Origin: Candidatus Enterousia sp.
Lineage (GTDB): Bacteria; Pseudomonadota; Alphaproteobacteria; Rs-D84
Length of the DNA stretch: 64,000 nt
Assembly (NCBI GenBank): GCA_045654485.1
Contig: JAZONN010000003.1
Coordinates: 14,715 to 78,714, forward strand
Direction of reading: 5' to 3'
Positions 34,807-45,661 of the stretch are shown one piece after another (the first letter of the stretch is position 1; every line of letters begins with the position of its first letter). The notes below the pieces were generated by a model. It saw only the letters and a list, made by a program, of their open reading frames with translations. It did no database searches and was not told the DNA's origin. The translations under genes and the position numbers were made by a program.

Positions 34807-37800
34807 TTAAAACCTTAATTCATTTTTTTGAAACTTCATAACGTGAACACCTTCAGACGTAACTTCTTTCTTTAATCTTACCGAATATTCTTTACGCAAG
34901 TAGCCATCCAACGATGTCCATCCACGTTGGTCCAATCTACTCTCAGGCAAACCTACAACACTTTGACCCGTTTCCAAAAAATCGTTTAGATACTTATCAA
35001 AGCTGGAACTGGCGCTTTGTTTAAGTGCATTGATGTCATAACCACCACTAAAATACAAATCTGCTCTGCTATCCAAATCCTTAACCCATGATGTTGGCGG
35101 AACTCTATAATCGTGCACAACATAATCTTTTGTAGTTTGGTTAATATCCGATATGCTTATACTACGATTTTCTGTCGCTGTCGCAACATGGCCCTCTGCA
35201 CCTCTGGCTGCACGTGCTGCACTACGTTCAACATCCAAGACATCGCGCAAATCACCAACCTGTTCATCTAATGCTTCGGCGATACCACGCAGATGAACCG
35301 TATCATAGTGTCGAACAATCTCTTCTTCCGTTCCCTTTCTAAACCAACCACTATCTGTAATTCCCCCGAAAAACTCCCATTTTCCAGTTGGCACACCCAT
35401 TTTCTGTGCTTTTCCCGTAGAAATATAAAATGGTATATGCATATCATTAACCTTTACAACAACAATTGGACGACCAGATTTAACACCTTTGGCCACTATG
35501 GGCAGTTCGTGACCATTATAATAAACTGATGTCACGTCCCATTTACCGCTGTATGATGGATTTTTAACACCCAAACCTTCGACCACATCGACCACATCGT
35601 CCACCCTGCCCACGGCCGCAGTAGCATCATTGGTTTTTTTCACATCTATTATCTCAACACCACCATCGTCCGCATCGTCAACTTCGTCCCATATGTCGAA
35701 TACCACATCCGAAGTGTCGATTTTTTTTGCATCAGACACATCTATTATTATGATACCATCTGGACAATCAAACTGAAGAAAATCGCCATTTTGTCCAATA
35801 AATTTGAATTCTGTACCATCATCAAATCGATATATTTTACCCGTTGACCTTGGGCTAACTGTCACAACAAATTCACGATTCCCATTACTATATGCAACAA
35901 CTATTGTATCATCCATTTTACCATCTAAGCGTCCTACAACGTTAAAATCATGACCGGATCTACTAGCTACACCAGCCAGATTGTCTGTACTGCGACCCAC
36001 TCTTGCTGCATCATCAACAACTTCAACAAGATCATCACCATATTGCATAGCCATATCGGTAATATCATCAACCGCCCCTAAATGTGCAGCATCTGATGAA
36101 TCAAAGTCCCCATCTAAAAATACGCCAAAGAAGCCCATCGCCATGACCATACCTTCTTCCCACCCAATAGGAGTACTTTTTCTGACGGCAGCAGCAAATT
36201 CAACATCCCCCAAACAAGTTTTAGCTGAATTTATTGCATCTTGCATGCGTTTTCTCATTTCCGGATCACTTATGCTATATTCATGCGACAAAGCTTGTCC
36301 CAAATATTCTTCAACCGCCTTTTGGGCACACTGTTTGCCTTTGGTACAATCGCATTGTTCGATGGCTTCAACAAAGCGTTGTGCCGTTTGCTGCGGCAGT
36401 TTTTCTAATTCTCTTTGTGCCTCTTCCATTATGCCTTCTGCTGCAACATTTAATGCAACCGCCCCCAATATCTGTCCAGCACCAGCACCCGCCATACCGC
36501 CAGTTGCAGCAATAACCACAGTAGTCACACCCAAACGAATTCCAGTATTAATATAGTTTGCCGTAACAGAATCCGCCATCCGACACAAACCACTTTCGGC
36601 GTCCCAGCGAACTTCAATATCATATTTTTCACCCAAAGCATTACATTCAGCCCGTCCCAAAAACCGGCAGTTTTTGCCATCATAGGCACCACCGTATGCG
36701 ATACATGACGCCCCACTGTTGCCGGCACGACTAATGAAATCGCCACCTTGACTTAAATCATCAAATACAAAGTTTATTGTATTATTTTCATCAATACCAC
36801 CATCAGCCGTCAAACAAGAATAATTACATGTCATAATATCATCATAGTTAAACCTGCTTTGACCACAGGCACTACCATTATACTGAACGGTTGAACGTGA
36901 ACAGTATGTTGCCCAACACAATCCACCCGACCGATTAATGATATAATCATTTATTTGATCCGTTAAACCGGTGCTGGCATTGACCTGAATACCACAAAAC
37001 GCGGTCGATTCCAGTCCATAATCATTGTCATGCTTACTGTCCAGTGCAACGTGCCAATCTTCTGTAACGGTAGCCAATTGGGCTTGGCACGTTCCGTATT
37101 CATATACGGGTTCAACACCAAAAATCGTTTTTGCCACATTTGGAAAATAACAAAAACTTTCAGGATCATTTGGCCATGCTGTTTTTGCCATTGGCAATAG
37201 TTTGTTACATATTGTGGAATTCAATTTATTGAAACCATGACAATCATTAGAATTTCCCAAGTCAATTTTTAACAAGTCACCCAAAGTTCTGACAATTGAG
37301 TTCCCACGTGTTACATCCCAACTTTCTGTAACGTCATCAAATACCCATGTATAGTAACGCACATAATTTTTGGATTTGCCAAATACCATATCTTGTTCGA
37401 ACTTAGTTAGCTCATTACCCAAGATTGCGACATTGTCATCATCAAGCTTTATTAACGCATGCAATTTTACAAGGCGCTCGGCATCCAACAAGGTGCATTG
37501 AGTTGTATTAAAGTAATAATATAGCACATTTGTAAACATTGGCAACAAACCGAGACTTTTCGCCAATGAGCCATCCGCTGTTGGTGCATCGGTTGCATAC
37601 AAACTTAAAACATTTATCATTTCTTGGGCGTTATCAATCCAAGTTATGTCGCGTTTTAAAACGTTCCTAGCCATTCGATGGGCATCAAAAACTGTAAGCT
37701 TTGACTCTTCATACGTTTCTGTAGAAACAAGCTGGGCCAATTCATGATTTGCCTGACCTGCCCACTGCTTAACAGAATATAATTCCGATAAATAATTCTG

Positions 37801-38331
37801 GCTCATGACGGCTATTAATATATCCCATAAATCCTCAACCGTTACATTTCCATCTTTTTCATTATATAGGCGATCGTACTCCTGCCAAAAAAGGAGTTTT
37901 TGTTCGTTATTTTCTATATATTTATTCACAACAGGGCGCATGTATTCTGGATGCAAAACCAATGTACTTAACCCCGATTTCACACTTCCTTTAGGAAGCA
38001 AATTTCCCTGGACATCTTGCTGAGAAGCGGTAAAACTAAAATCCTTGTAGGGATGCGACATCTGCCACAAAACTACCTCCTTAGTATCAGCGTCCGAACT
38101 ATCCCACGATTCTTTCACCCCATCGTAGATTCCTTTCAACTCTCCTAGAATCAACTCTCCCGCGGTTTCTGTTTCCGTTAACAATGTTGACCACGCCGAA
38201 GTTTCGGAATTTATTACAGGACTGGGCTGCTCAGTTCTGCGGGGACTGGTCCCTCTGCGGGAGGTATTCGCAAACGCACCTGACACAATTGTACAAACAA
38301 ATAATACTATCACAAATGCATGTTTTATCAT
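34807..38331 (-). CDS. Large secreted multidomain hypothetical protein (polymorphic-toxin-like layout)
   Basis: Signal peptide, Cys-rich middle, Gly/Ala hydrophobic helices, acidic DD-rich linkers, discrete C-terminal domains; ATGA overlap with the upstream gene. Confidence 0.65.
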   Translation of the reverse strand: MIKHAFVIVLFVCTIVSGAFANTSRRGTSPRRTEQPSPVINSETSAWSTLLTETETAGELILGELKGIYDGVKESWDSSDADTKEVVLWQMSHPYKDFSFTASQQDVQGNLLPKGSVKSGLSTLVLHPEYMRPVVNKYIENNEQKLLFWQEYDRLYNEKDGNVTVEDLWDILIAVMSQNYLSELYSVKQWAGQANHELAQLVSTETYEESKLTVFDAHRMARNVLKRDITWIDNAQEMINVLSLYATDAPTADGSLAKSLGLLPMFTNVLYYYFNTTQCTLLDAERLVKLHALIKLDDDNVAILGNELTKFEQDMVFGKSKNYVRYYTWVFDDVTESWDVTRGNSIVRTLGDLLKIDLGNSNDCHGFNKLNSTICNKLLPMAKTAWPNDPESFCYFPNVAKTIFGVEPVYEYGTCQAQLATVTEDWHVALDSKHDNDYGLESTAFCGIQVNASTGLTDQINDYIINRSGGLCWATYCSRSTVQYNGSACGQSRFNYDDIMTCNYSCLTADGGIDENNTINFVFDDLSQGGDFISRAGNSGASCIAYGGAYDGKNCRFLGRAECNALGEKYDIEVRWDAESGLCRMADSVTANYINTGIRLGVTTVVIAATGGMAGAGAGQILGAVALNVAAEGIMEEAQRELEKLPQQTAQRFVEAIEQCDCTKGKQCAQKAVEEYLGQALSHEYSISDPEMRKRMQDAINSAKTCLGDVEFAAAVRKSTPIGWEEGMVMAMGFFGVFLDGDFDSSDAAHLGAVDDITDMAMQYGDDLVEVVDDAARVGRSTDNLAGVASRSGHDFNVVGRLDGKMDDTIVVAYSNGNREFVVTVSPRSTGKIYRFDDGTEFKFIGQNGDFLQFDCPDGIIIIDVSDAKKIDTSDVVFDIWDEVDDADDGGVEIIDVKKTNDATAAVGRVDDVVDVVEGLGVKNPSYSGKWDVTSVYYNGHELPIVAKGVKSGRPIVVVKVNDMHIPFYISTGKAQKMGVPTGKWEFFGGITDSGWFRKGTEEEIVRHYDTVHLRGIAEALDEQVGDLRDVLDVERSAARAARGAEGHVATATENRSISISDINQTTKDYVVHDYRVPPTSWVKDLDSRADLYFSGGYDINALKQSASSSFDKYLNDFLETGQSVVGLPESRLDQRGWTSLDGYLRKEYSVRLKKEVTSEGVHVMKFQKNELRF

Positions 38332-39317
38332 CTTAATGCCTCCGTACATTTTTCAGATACCACCGCAACACGCTTAATCGCAGATATTTGTGTCGCATTA
38401 AATATGGTTGCAGCCAATGACATCGCCGTTGTGCCAACTGACAATGCATTTGCCGCCGTGTTCAGATTCTTGGCCGTCTTGGCCGCAGAATCGTCTGTCC
38501 CGTGCCGTGCATTACGGTTCTTTTCATTATTCGCAACACCGGATACAATCGTACCACTTAAGCCAACCGCCGCCGCAGACGCAGATGATATCAAGCCACC
38601 AAGTGCACGTTTGCTAATTTTAGATGTGTCTACAAATTCATAATCCGCACATGCCGTAATTATCTTTTCCGCTTCGGATACGTCTTGGTTTTCAATGCGT
38701 GCAACAGCAACCGAACGACGTAATTTCTCTATAGATAACACACAGGATTTAACCGCATCAGAAATATCGTATTTATCCCAATTTATACCCGATGCAACCG
38801 CCCCAAGAACATTTGTTGCCGTGTTTGTCGCCAATAACCCCGTACGCCAATTACCCAACTTTTTGGATTTCTGCATCAATTTGTCACGTTCATCACTCAA
38901 ATCTCTTTCAGTTATTTTTACGGATTGGCCCGACGTATTCTCACCATTCGCAATCGCACGTAAATCATCTGCGTACCGCTGATTTTGTTCCACCCAGCTT
39001 TTTATTTGAGCTTCTGTAACCTGCTGGTCAGTACGGTTCTTATGCTGTTCTGACAAACGGGCGATAATCTCATCTATCTGTTTATCAATAGATGATTTAG
39101 CAACCCCCGTCGCAACAGCACCAACACCTGCCGCGGTCGCAACAGCCGAACTGGCCGTACCAATTCCCGCCCACGTTTTCAAATCAGACACAGCGTCATC
39201 AATATCAATACATGCACGATACGTTGTACGCAACGCTTCGTCCAAAGGTAAAATATCCGCCGCAAATACAGGTTGTGCAACCAACAAACATACAGAAATT
39301 CCAATTATATAACGCAT
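38328..39317 (-). CDS. Secreted protein with three Gly/Ala/Thr-rich hydrophobic helices
   Basis: Signal peptide ..VFA; AGIGTASSAVATAAGVGAVATG-type segments separated by charged helices. Confidence 0.7.
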   Translation of the reverse strand: MRYIIGISVCLLVAQPVFAADILPLDEALRTTYRACIDIDDAVSDLKTWAGIGTASSAVATAAGVGAVATGVAKSSIDKQIDEIIARLSEQHKNRTDQQVTEAQIKSWVEQNQRYADDLRAIANGENTSGQSVKITERDLSDERDKLMQKSKKLGNWRTGLLATNTATNVLGAVASGINWDKYDISDAVKSCVLSIEKLRRSVAVARIENQDVSEAEKIITACADYEFVDTSKISKRALGGLISSASAAAVGLSGTIVSGVANNEKNRNARHGTDDSAAKTAKNLNTAANALSVGTTAMSLAATIFNATQISAIKRVAVVSEKCTEALR

Positions 39318-39382
39318 AACCATCCCACCTTTTATAAGAATAAGGTAGCACACTTCAATACATTAAATCAAGCAAATTTATT

Positions 39383-40903
39383 TTACAATTTTACACCATA
39401 TTTGCCACGATTGATTGGACGATACGATAAAGCTTCGGCCAAATCGGACATTTCAATCGCATCGGACGCACGTAGGTCTGCAATTGTACGTGCCAAACGA
39501 CGAATACGATTGTATCCACGTGCAGACAAACCCATCTTTTCGGCGGCAGCATTTAAAAACGACATCAGTTCATCAGACATAGATGCATGACGATCCAAAT
39601 CCGCCCCATCAAGATGTGCATTAACCATACCTTGGCGTGCAATTTGACGGTTGCGGGCCGCAACGACACGGGTGCGGATTGCCGCACTTGTTTCACGAGG
39701 ACCGGTATCTGTTGTCATTTCCCACGGATTTACAGCATCAACATCAACATGCAAATCAATTCTGTCCAATAATGGGCCAGAAATCTTGTTCTGATACGCT
39801 TCGGCACAACGTGGCGCACGTGTACAGGACAACGCCGCATTTCCCAAATGACCACACGGACACGGGTTCATGGCTGCAATCAATTGGAAACGTGCAGGAT
39901 ATGTCGCATTGCGACGGGCACGGGAAATTAATATGCGACCAGATTCCATTGGTTGACGCAATATTTCCAAAGTCGCACGATTAAATTCAGGCAATTCATC
40001 CAAAAACAAAACGCCATTGTGTGCCAACGATATTTCACCAGGCCGTGCGTCAGATCCACCACCCGCCAATGCAACGGGACTTGAAGTATGATGAACACTA
40101 CGGAACGGGCGTGCCGATATCAAAGAACGATTGTTTAATTGGCCCGCAATGGAATATATGGTGGACGTCTCTAAAATTTCGGCTGCAGTCATTTCTGGCA
40201 TAATTGTCGGCAAACGAGATGCCAACATTGTTTTGCCCGACCCCGGGGGCCCAACCATTAACATAGCATGACCGCCCGCCGCCGCAATTTCCAGCGCACG
40301 TTTTGCAGCCGCTTGACCATGAACATCGGCCATATCTAATGCAGAAGTGGCGGTTGTATCCGGTGATGTTAATTCAGGGGTTGGCAAATCTTGGGTGCCG
40401 GCGAAATGATTTATTAATTGCAGCACATGATATGGTGCCAAAATGTTTTCATGTCCAGCCCATCGGGCTTCGGTACCTTGATCGCCCGGACAGACAATGC
40501 CCAAATCATGCGATTTGGCCCAAACACTTGCCGGTAATACGGCATCAGTTTTTACAATTGTGCCATTTAAACCAACTTCGCCCAAAATTAGATATTGTTC
40601 CAATTTATCTTCGGGCAAAACACCAATCGCACATAAAATACCACACAATATAGGCAAATCAAAATGAGAACCACTTTTTTCAACGTCGGCCGGCGACAAA
40701 TTTACCGTTAAACGCTTTGGTGGTAATTGCAAGTTTAATGCAGACAATACATTACGAATACGTTCCGCAGATTCTTTTACAGCCCTATCCGCCAAACCGA
40801 TGATATTAAATTCTGGTTTTGATAGACCACTTGACAATTGGACTTGAACATCAATTGGCGTCGCATCCATTCCATTAAAGATTATTGATTTTAACGTTAT
40901 CAT
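39383..40903 (-). CDS. comM: ComM/YifB Mg-chelatase-like AAA ATPase
   Basis: VNLSPAD.EK.GSHFDL, GPPGSGKT, PGEISLAHNGVLFLDE, MNPCPCG, SGPLLDRID, LSARG. Confidence 0.95.
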   Translation of the reverse strand: MITLKSIIFNGMDATPIDVQVQLSSGLSKPEFNIIGLADRAVKESAERIRNVLSALNLQLPPKRLTVNLSPADVEKSGSHFDLPILCGILCAIGVLPEDKLEQYLILGEVGLNGTIVKTDAVLPASVWAKSHDLGIVCPGDQGTEARWAGHENILAPYHVLQLINHFAGTQDLPTPELTSPDTTATSALDMADVHGQAAAKRALEIAAAGGHAMLMVGPPGSGKTMLASRLPTIMPEMTAAEILETSTIYSIAGQLNNRSLISARPFRSVHHTSSPVALAGGGSDARPGEISLAHNGVLFLDELPEFNRATLEILRQPMESGRILISRARRNATYPARFQLIAAMNPCPCGHLGNAALSCTRAPRCAEAYQNKISGPLLDRIDLHVDVDAVNPWEMTTDTGPRETSAAIRTRVVAARNRQIARQGMVNAHLDGADLDRHASMSDELMSFLNAAAEKMGLSARGYNRIRRLARTIADLRASDAIEMSDLAEALSYRPINRGKYGVKL

Positions 40904-40972
40904 ATGGTCATATTATAACTTGAATTAAAATTGCGCAAGTTATAATATACGATAAAACAAAAGGATTTACCA

Positions 40973-41851
40973 ATGCCCGCAAAAAGTAAAAATGTCGCAC
41001 GAGAATGGTTTAACACTATATTTTATGGCGCACTTATCGCAATTGTGTTTCGTAGTTTATTATTAGAGCCATTTAATATACCATCTGGATCAATGATTCC
41101 AAGTTTGCATATAGGCGATCATATATTTGTTGAAAAATGGGCATACGGTTATTCAAGATACTCTTTCCCGTTTGGCTCTTGGAAATTATGGAACGGACGT
41201 TTTTGGGCGACCGAACCAGAAATTGGTGACGTTATCGTATTTCGCAACCCAATCAATGAATCACAAGATTATGTTAAACGCTTAATCGGTAAAGCGGGCG
41301 ACAAAGTTCAGATGAAGCAAGGTCGCCTTTATATAAACGGAAACGAAGTTGTGCGTGAAAACCCACGTCCATATGTGTTTGCAACCCTGCCAAAATCTAT
41401 GCGTAGTGTTGGTTATTACAAGGACAATATGTCAATCAAAGGCAATAAAATATGGGTCGATAACGAACCAGCGCCATACGAATACACAATCGAATATAGA
41501 CCCGATGATTTTTGCCATATGTATCACGGTATGTGTGGGGTATTCCACGCAACACAATATACAGAAGTATTGCCAAATGGTGTAAAACACGAAATTATTG
41601 AAATGACAGATGATGCACACTTTGACAATACCGAAGAATTTGTTGTGCCAGAAAATCATTTCTTCTTTATGGGCGACAATCGTGACAATAGCGGCGATAG
41701 CCGTGGGGAAGTTGGTTTTGTACCACGAGACAATGTATTGGGACAAGTTTGGTTCGTATGGTATTCACATAATTACTATGCACCTTTGTTGGCAATATGG
41801 TCATGGGGCAATAAAATGAGATGGGATAGATTTGGAATGGGAATAAATTAA
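40973..41851 (+). CDS. lepB: Signal peptidase I
   Basis: IPSGSM, YVKRLIG, GDNRDNSGDSR. Confidence 0.95.
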   Translation: MPAKSKNVAREWFNTIFYGALIAIVFRSLLLEPFNIPSGSMIPSLHIGDHIFVEKWAYGYSRYSFPFGSWKLWNGRFWATEPEIGDVIVFRNPINESQDYVKRLIGKAGDKVQMKQGRLYINGNEVVRENPRPYVFATLPKSMRSVGYYKDNMSIKGNKIWVDNEPAPYEYTIEYRPDDFCHMYHGMCGVFHATQYTEVLPNGVKHEIIEMTDDAHFDNTEEFVVPENHFFFMGDNRDNSGDSRGEVGFVPRDNVLGQVWFVWYSHNYYAPLLAIWSWGNKMRWDRFGMGIN

Positions 41852-41852
41852 A

Positions 41853-42485
41853 ATGATTAAGTTAAATTATAATTTTAAGAATCCAGAACTAATGCAATTA
41901 GCCATGATTCAAAGTGGCGCAAATGCCACACAAAACAATGAACGCCTTGAGTTTATTGGTGACCGTGTATTGGGATTGAGTGTGGCGGATTTACTTTACC
42001 AAATGTATCCGAAAGAAACCGAAGGCGAATTAGCACGTAGGCACGCAATGCTAGTTTCAACCGAAACTTTGGCAAAAATTGCCCGAACAATTGGCATCGA
42101 CACCCAGATAAAACACGGACATATGACCGCCGGTCGGGTCCAGCATATATTGGCAGATGCGATGGAGGCATTACTGGGGGCAATATATTTAGATGGCGGA
42201 TTTGATGCAGCACGTAATGTTATATTACCAATATGGACGCATTTAGCCGCCGCAGACGTCGTTGCACCAAAAGACCCGAAAACTAAATTGCAAGAATTGG
42301 TACAACAGATGGATTCAGGCAACCTGCCACAATATGAATACTTGGATTCAACAGGCGCATCACATAGTCCGGTGTTTACAGTACGTGTATCGGCAATGGG
42401 ACACGATGCAGTTGGCACAGGAGCATCCAAAAAATCTGCAAGTATTGATGCAGCAGAAAAACTGTTGAAAGTCCTTGCAATTTAA
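41853..42485 (+). CDS. rnc: Ribonuclease III
   Basis: NERLEFIGD, EGEL, ADAMEALLGAIYLD, dsRBD DPKTKLQE. Confidence 0.95.
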   Translation: MIKLNYNFKNPELMQLAMIQSGANATQNNERLEFIGDRVLGLSVADLLYQMYPKETEGELARRHAMLVSTETLAKIARTIGIDTQIKHGHMTAGRVQHILADAMEALLGAIYLDGGFDAARNVILPIWTHLAAADVVAPKDPKTKLQELVQQMDSGNLPQYEYLDSTGASHSPVFTVRVSAMGHDAVGTGASKKSASIDAAEKLLKVLAI

Positions 42486-42532
42486 ATCTTGGAAGTTTAC
42501 AATCGATACACAAATAAACATAAGGAAAAAAA

Positions 42533-42886
42533 ATGTTCTCGATTTTATTGGTTTTATTGACAATTGTAGCGGTTATGATGATCGGTTTGATTTTGTTACA
42601 AAAATCTGAAGGTTCTGGTATGTCGGGTTCGTCTGCGGCATCTATGTTTGGTGGCGCATTGACAGGTGCGGCGGCGGGCAATTTCTTGACCCGTGCAACC
42701 GCTTGGTTGGCAACAATATTCTTTATATTATGTGCGGCGTTGGCATTAATTTCTTCGAAAACACAGGTCGCAAATCAACAAAGCAATCTGCGTCAGGAAA
42801 TTGTATATCAAGAAAACGCCCAACCAACCGAAGCAACAGAAGCGACGGCGGAAACACCGGCACCAACAGAACAAACAACAAAATAA
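42533..42886 (+). CDS. secG: Preprotein translocase subunit SecG
   Basis: LILLQKSEG, FLTRATAWLA. Confidence 0.92.
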   Translation: MFSILLVLLTIVAVMMIGLILLQKSEGSGMSGSSAASMFGGALTGAAAGNFLTRATAWLATIFFILCAALALISSKTQVANQQSNLRQEIVYQENAQPTEATEATAETPAPTEQTTK

Positions 42887-42913
42887 TAAAAAATCCCCAA
42901 AAAAGGGGATTTT

Positions 42914-43156
42914 TTATTTGCGTTTTGCTTTCTTTGCAGGTGCTTTTTTAACCGGAGCAGGTTTCTTGGCGGATTCCAATTTGTATTCTTTGTACAACGC
43001 AACACCGCACGTATAAACCAACAATCCAGATACAGCCGTGATTAAGCCCGCAATCATGTGTCCTTCGGATGATATTAAAAACACAACCAAGGCAACAGCC
43101 ATAACAATTGTATAGCCCAAATTTTTAGCAAACACGTTTAATAATTTTTCGAACAT
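42914..43156 (-). CDS. Small 2-TM membrane protein with a basic PAKK tail
   Basis: GGAG RBS; two hydrophobic helices; SAKKPAPVKKAPAKKAKRK. Confidence 0.7.
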   Translation of the reverse strand: MFEKLLNVFAKNLGYTIVMAVALVVFLISSEGHMIAGLITAVSGLLVYTCGVALYKEYKLESAKKPAPVKKAPAKKAKRK

Positions 43157-43261
43157 TCTGATTTCTCCCTTTGATTGGATAGCTGTATTATAACATATCA
43201 CATAATAAAAAACAACCGCAGAACAATCCACGGTTGCACAAGCTTGAATATAGAATATGTT

Positions 43262-44002
43262 TTAGAATATCAGATGCCCACCAATACGTGCCGTCTTTGG
43301 CAACGGGCCAAATGATGAACGTGGACTGACATAAATATTACCGGTGACGGTGAATTGACCACAAAACTGTAGCAAGCCCATATCACGCAAGAACAAGTGA
43401 CCTTCGATACGAACATTACATGGTAATGTAAATTTGTGCATATTTTGCAAATACAAATTACCTTGGACAACAGTGTTATTTTTTAATACTGTGCCGGCGG
43501 CACGACTGTCAATAACGGTATTACCCATAACATTGTTTTGACGTTTATGATGTGCAATCGTTTTTGTTGCAATACGAACAGTTTTTTGATCGTTCTTGAC
43601 CACATTAATTGAATTGACACGGTTTTCTGATTTGCCAGATTGGGCGGATAGAGGCAATGTCGCCGGCGCACTACGGTCGGATATAGTTACCTGAGGCACA
43701 GAAGGAGACGATACAACAACCACAGGTTTACGATAGCAACCATGAACATCCAATATCAGCATTGTAAACAACACTATTATTGCAACCAATAGCGTGATAT
43801 TTACCATACCAACTAGGTTTACGCCACATATCCAGGCCCAAAACCAACGCAATCCACGACCAATCATACGAATTGGCCATAATATTACACGACACACACA
43901 TTGCCAGAATTGCTTGATATATTTAATTATTTTGCTGTTTCTCCCCGACTTATCGCCCCCCTGCGATTTGGCGGTACGTGCCGCCGTTTTTTTATCCGTC
44001 AT
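43262..44002 (-). CDS. Membrane-anchored hypothetical protein with a C-terminal beta-solenoid-like region
   Basis: TM helix; VQGNLYL/IEGHLFL/VTGNIYV/IGGHLIF repeats. Confidence 0.65.
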   Translation of the reverse strand: MTDKKTAARTAKSQGGDKSGRNSKIIKYIKQFWQCVCRVILWPIRMIGRGLRWFWAWICGVNLVGMVNITLLVAIIVLFTMLILDVHGCYRKPVVVVSSPSVPQVTISDRSAPATLPLSAQSGKSENRVNSINVVKNDQKTVRIATKTIAHHKRQNNVMGNTVIDSRAAGTVLKNNTVVQGNLYLQNMHKFTLPCNVRIEGHLFLRDMGLLQFCGQFTVTGNIYVSPRSSFGPLPKTARIGGHLIF

Positions 44003-44143
44003 AATATTACCTTTTATTAGGAACGCCAGGTGTTATGCCCTAAAAATACTCTTTGTCAATCAATTTGTCAAGGATTTTTGTCTAAAGTTTTTTAAAGTTT
44101 TCTTTTTGACCAAATTACTAGGTTTGTGGTATTATACGTTGGT

Positions 44144-44863
44144 ATGAGAAGAATGTTTCTAACCTGCTTTACCATAATTTTGGGCGGATGCGTGTCGACC
44201 GATTGGCGCAGCACGTCCGGTATGGTTAAAAAAAACATAAGAACAGGCAAATATGAAATATATACCCAACAGAGGATTTTAGATAATGTGTCACCAATAA
44301 ACATTTATATTGAAGGTGACGGAAATTCTTTTACAAAACGTGGTGTACCAACCCATAACCCAACACCGGTTAGCACACTTGTGCGGGATATGGCCGATGC
44401 AGACAATGCGGTGAACGTCGCATATATTGCCCGACCATGCCAATATATTATGTCCAAAACATGCACACAATCCGATTGGACCGACGGTCGTTTTTCGCCA
44501 GAGATAGTCCAAGCGATACAGGATGCTATCAAACAAGTTGCCGGCAATCGACCAATTAGTTTAATTGGATATTCTGGTGGTGCATTAATATCGGGGTATA
44601 TAATCAAACATAACCCTGATATGAACTTTATCCAATGGGTTACCGTATCCGGTGTACTTAATCACAACGATTGGACCAATTTCTTTGGGGACAAGCCGTT
44701 AAAGAAATCTGTTGATTTGGATACCCTGCCCGATATTAAGCAGGTTCACTTTGTTGCAGAACAAGACAAAGTAGTTCCACGAAAGCTGTCCGAAAAATGG
44801 ACACGTGGTCAACCAATGATCGTAATCAAGGGTGCAACACATAACGATTACCCAAAAATGTAG
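44144..44863 (+). CDS. Alpha/beta hydrolase lipoprotein
   Basis: LGGC lipobox, YIEGDG, ARPCQY, GYSGG, D..VP, H. Confidence 0.85.
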   Translation: MRRMFLTCFTIILGGCVSTDWRSTSGMVKKNIRTGKYEIYTQQRILDNVSPINIYIEGDGNSFTKRGVPTHNPTPVSTLVRDMADADNAVNVAYIARPCQYIMSKTCTQSDWTDGRFSPEIVQAIQDAIKQVAGNRPISLIGYSGGALISGYIIKHNPDMNFIQWVTVSGVLNHNDWTNFFGDKPLKKSVDLDTLPDIKQVHFVAEQDKVVPRKLSEKWTRGQPMIVIKGATHNDYPKM

Positions 44864-44911
44864 ACACCAGACATCTTGACAAATTAAATACACAGTACTA
44901 TACTATAAAGT

Positions 44912-45661
44912 ATGAGTACAGAAATAACTTTGTTTCCAATTTTCAATCACAAATCCCAAGAAGTTTGGGATGCGTTTTGTGACGTAAAAATGCGTTCTTG
45001 GAACGGAACATACGGCATCCAAACAACCGATCAAGACCGCAACAACACAATGGCTGAATTCCGCCAATGGACCGCACGTGACGGACATACATTTGCATTC
45101 GGAGCATATGCCGAAACACAATTGGTCGGATACATCCGTGGGACTTATCGTTTAAATTCGATAAAATGTCACGACCTTTATGTTTTGCCAGAATTTCAGC
45201 ATATGCGTATTGGTCGTCGCCTTATGACCACAGTTGAACAAACATACAGATTGTCGGCACATCATATCAATTTGTTGGCAATGGGGTATTCTGGTCCTTT
45301 TTATCAAAAATTGGGATTTGGTTCACCCGCACACGACGATAATTATGTTAAAATTTTAAAGAAAACAAGCATATATGGCGTAATCCCTGTATTTAAGTTA
45401 ACACAAAACACCATCAAAGATTGCAGTATATTTAATGCGCAAGCCGGTACAAAATTAAGCAAGGACGCTATTAATCCAAACCATTCTCCAATATTTATAT
45501 ACTATGATGAAGGTCGCCGTGTAGATGGATATGCAATAATGTCACCAGATGGACAAGATGCACAAGTATACGCATCTACACCATGGGCGCAAAAACAATT
45601 GACCAAAGCAATCGAAAAACAAAAAAAGTTGTTGGCAATCCAAGCCACCAGGTCACGTTAA
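44912..45661 (+). CDS. GNAT acetyltransferase domain protein
   Basis: LYVLPEFQHMRIGRRLM, FYQKLGF. Confidence 0.85.
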   Translation: MSTEITLFPIFNHKSQEVWDAFCDVKMRSWNGTYGIQTTDQDRNNTMAEFRQWTARDGHTFAFGAYAETQLVGYIRGTYRLNSIKCHDLYVLPEFQHMRIGRRLMTTVEQTYRLSAHHINLLAMGYSGPFYQKLGFGSPAHDDNYVKILKKTSIYGVIPVFKLTQNTIKDCSIFNAQAGTKLSKDAINPNHSPIFIYYDEGRRVDGYAIMSPDGQDAQVYASTPWAQKQLTKAIEKQKKLLAIQATRSR

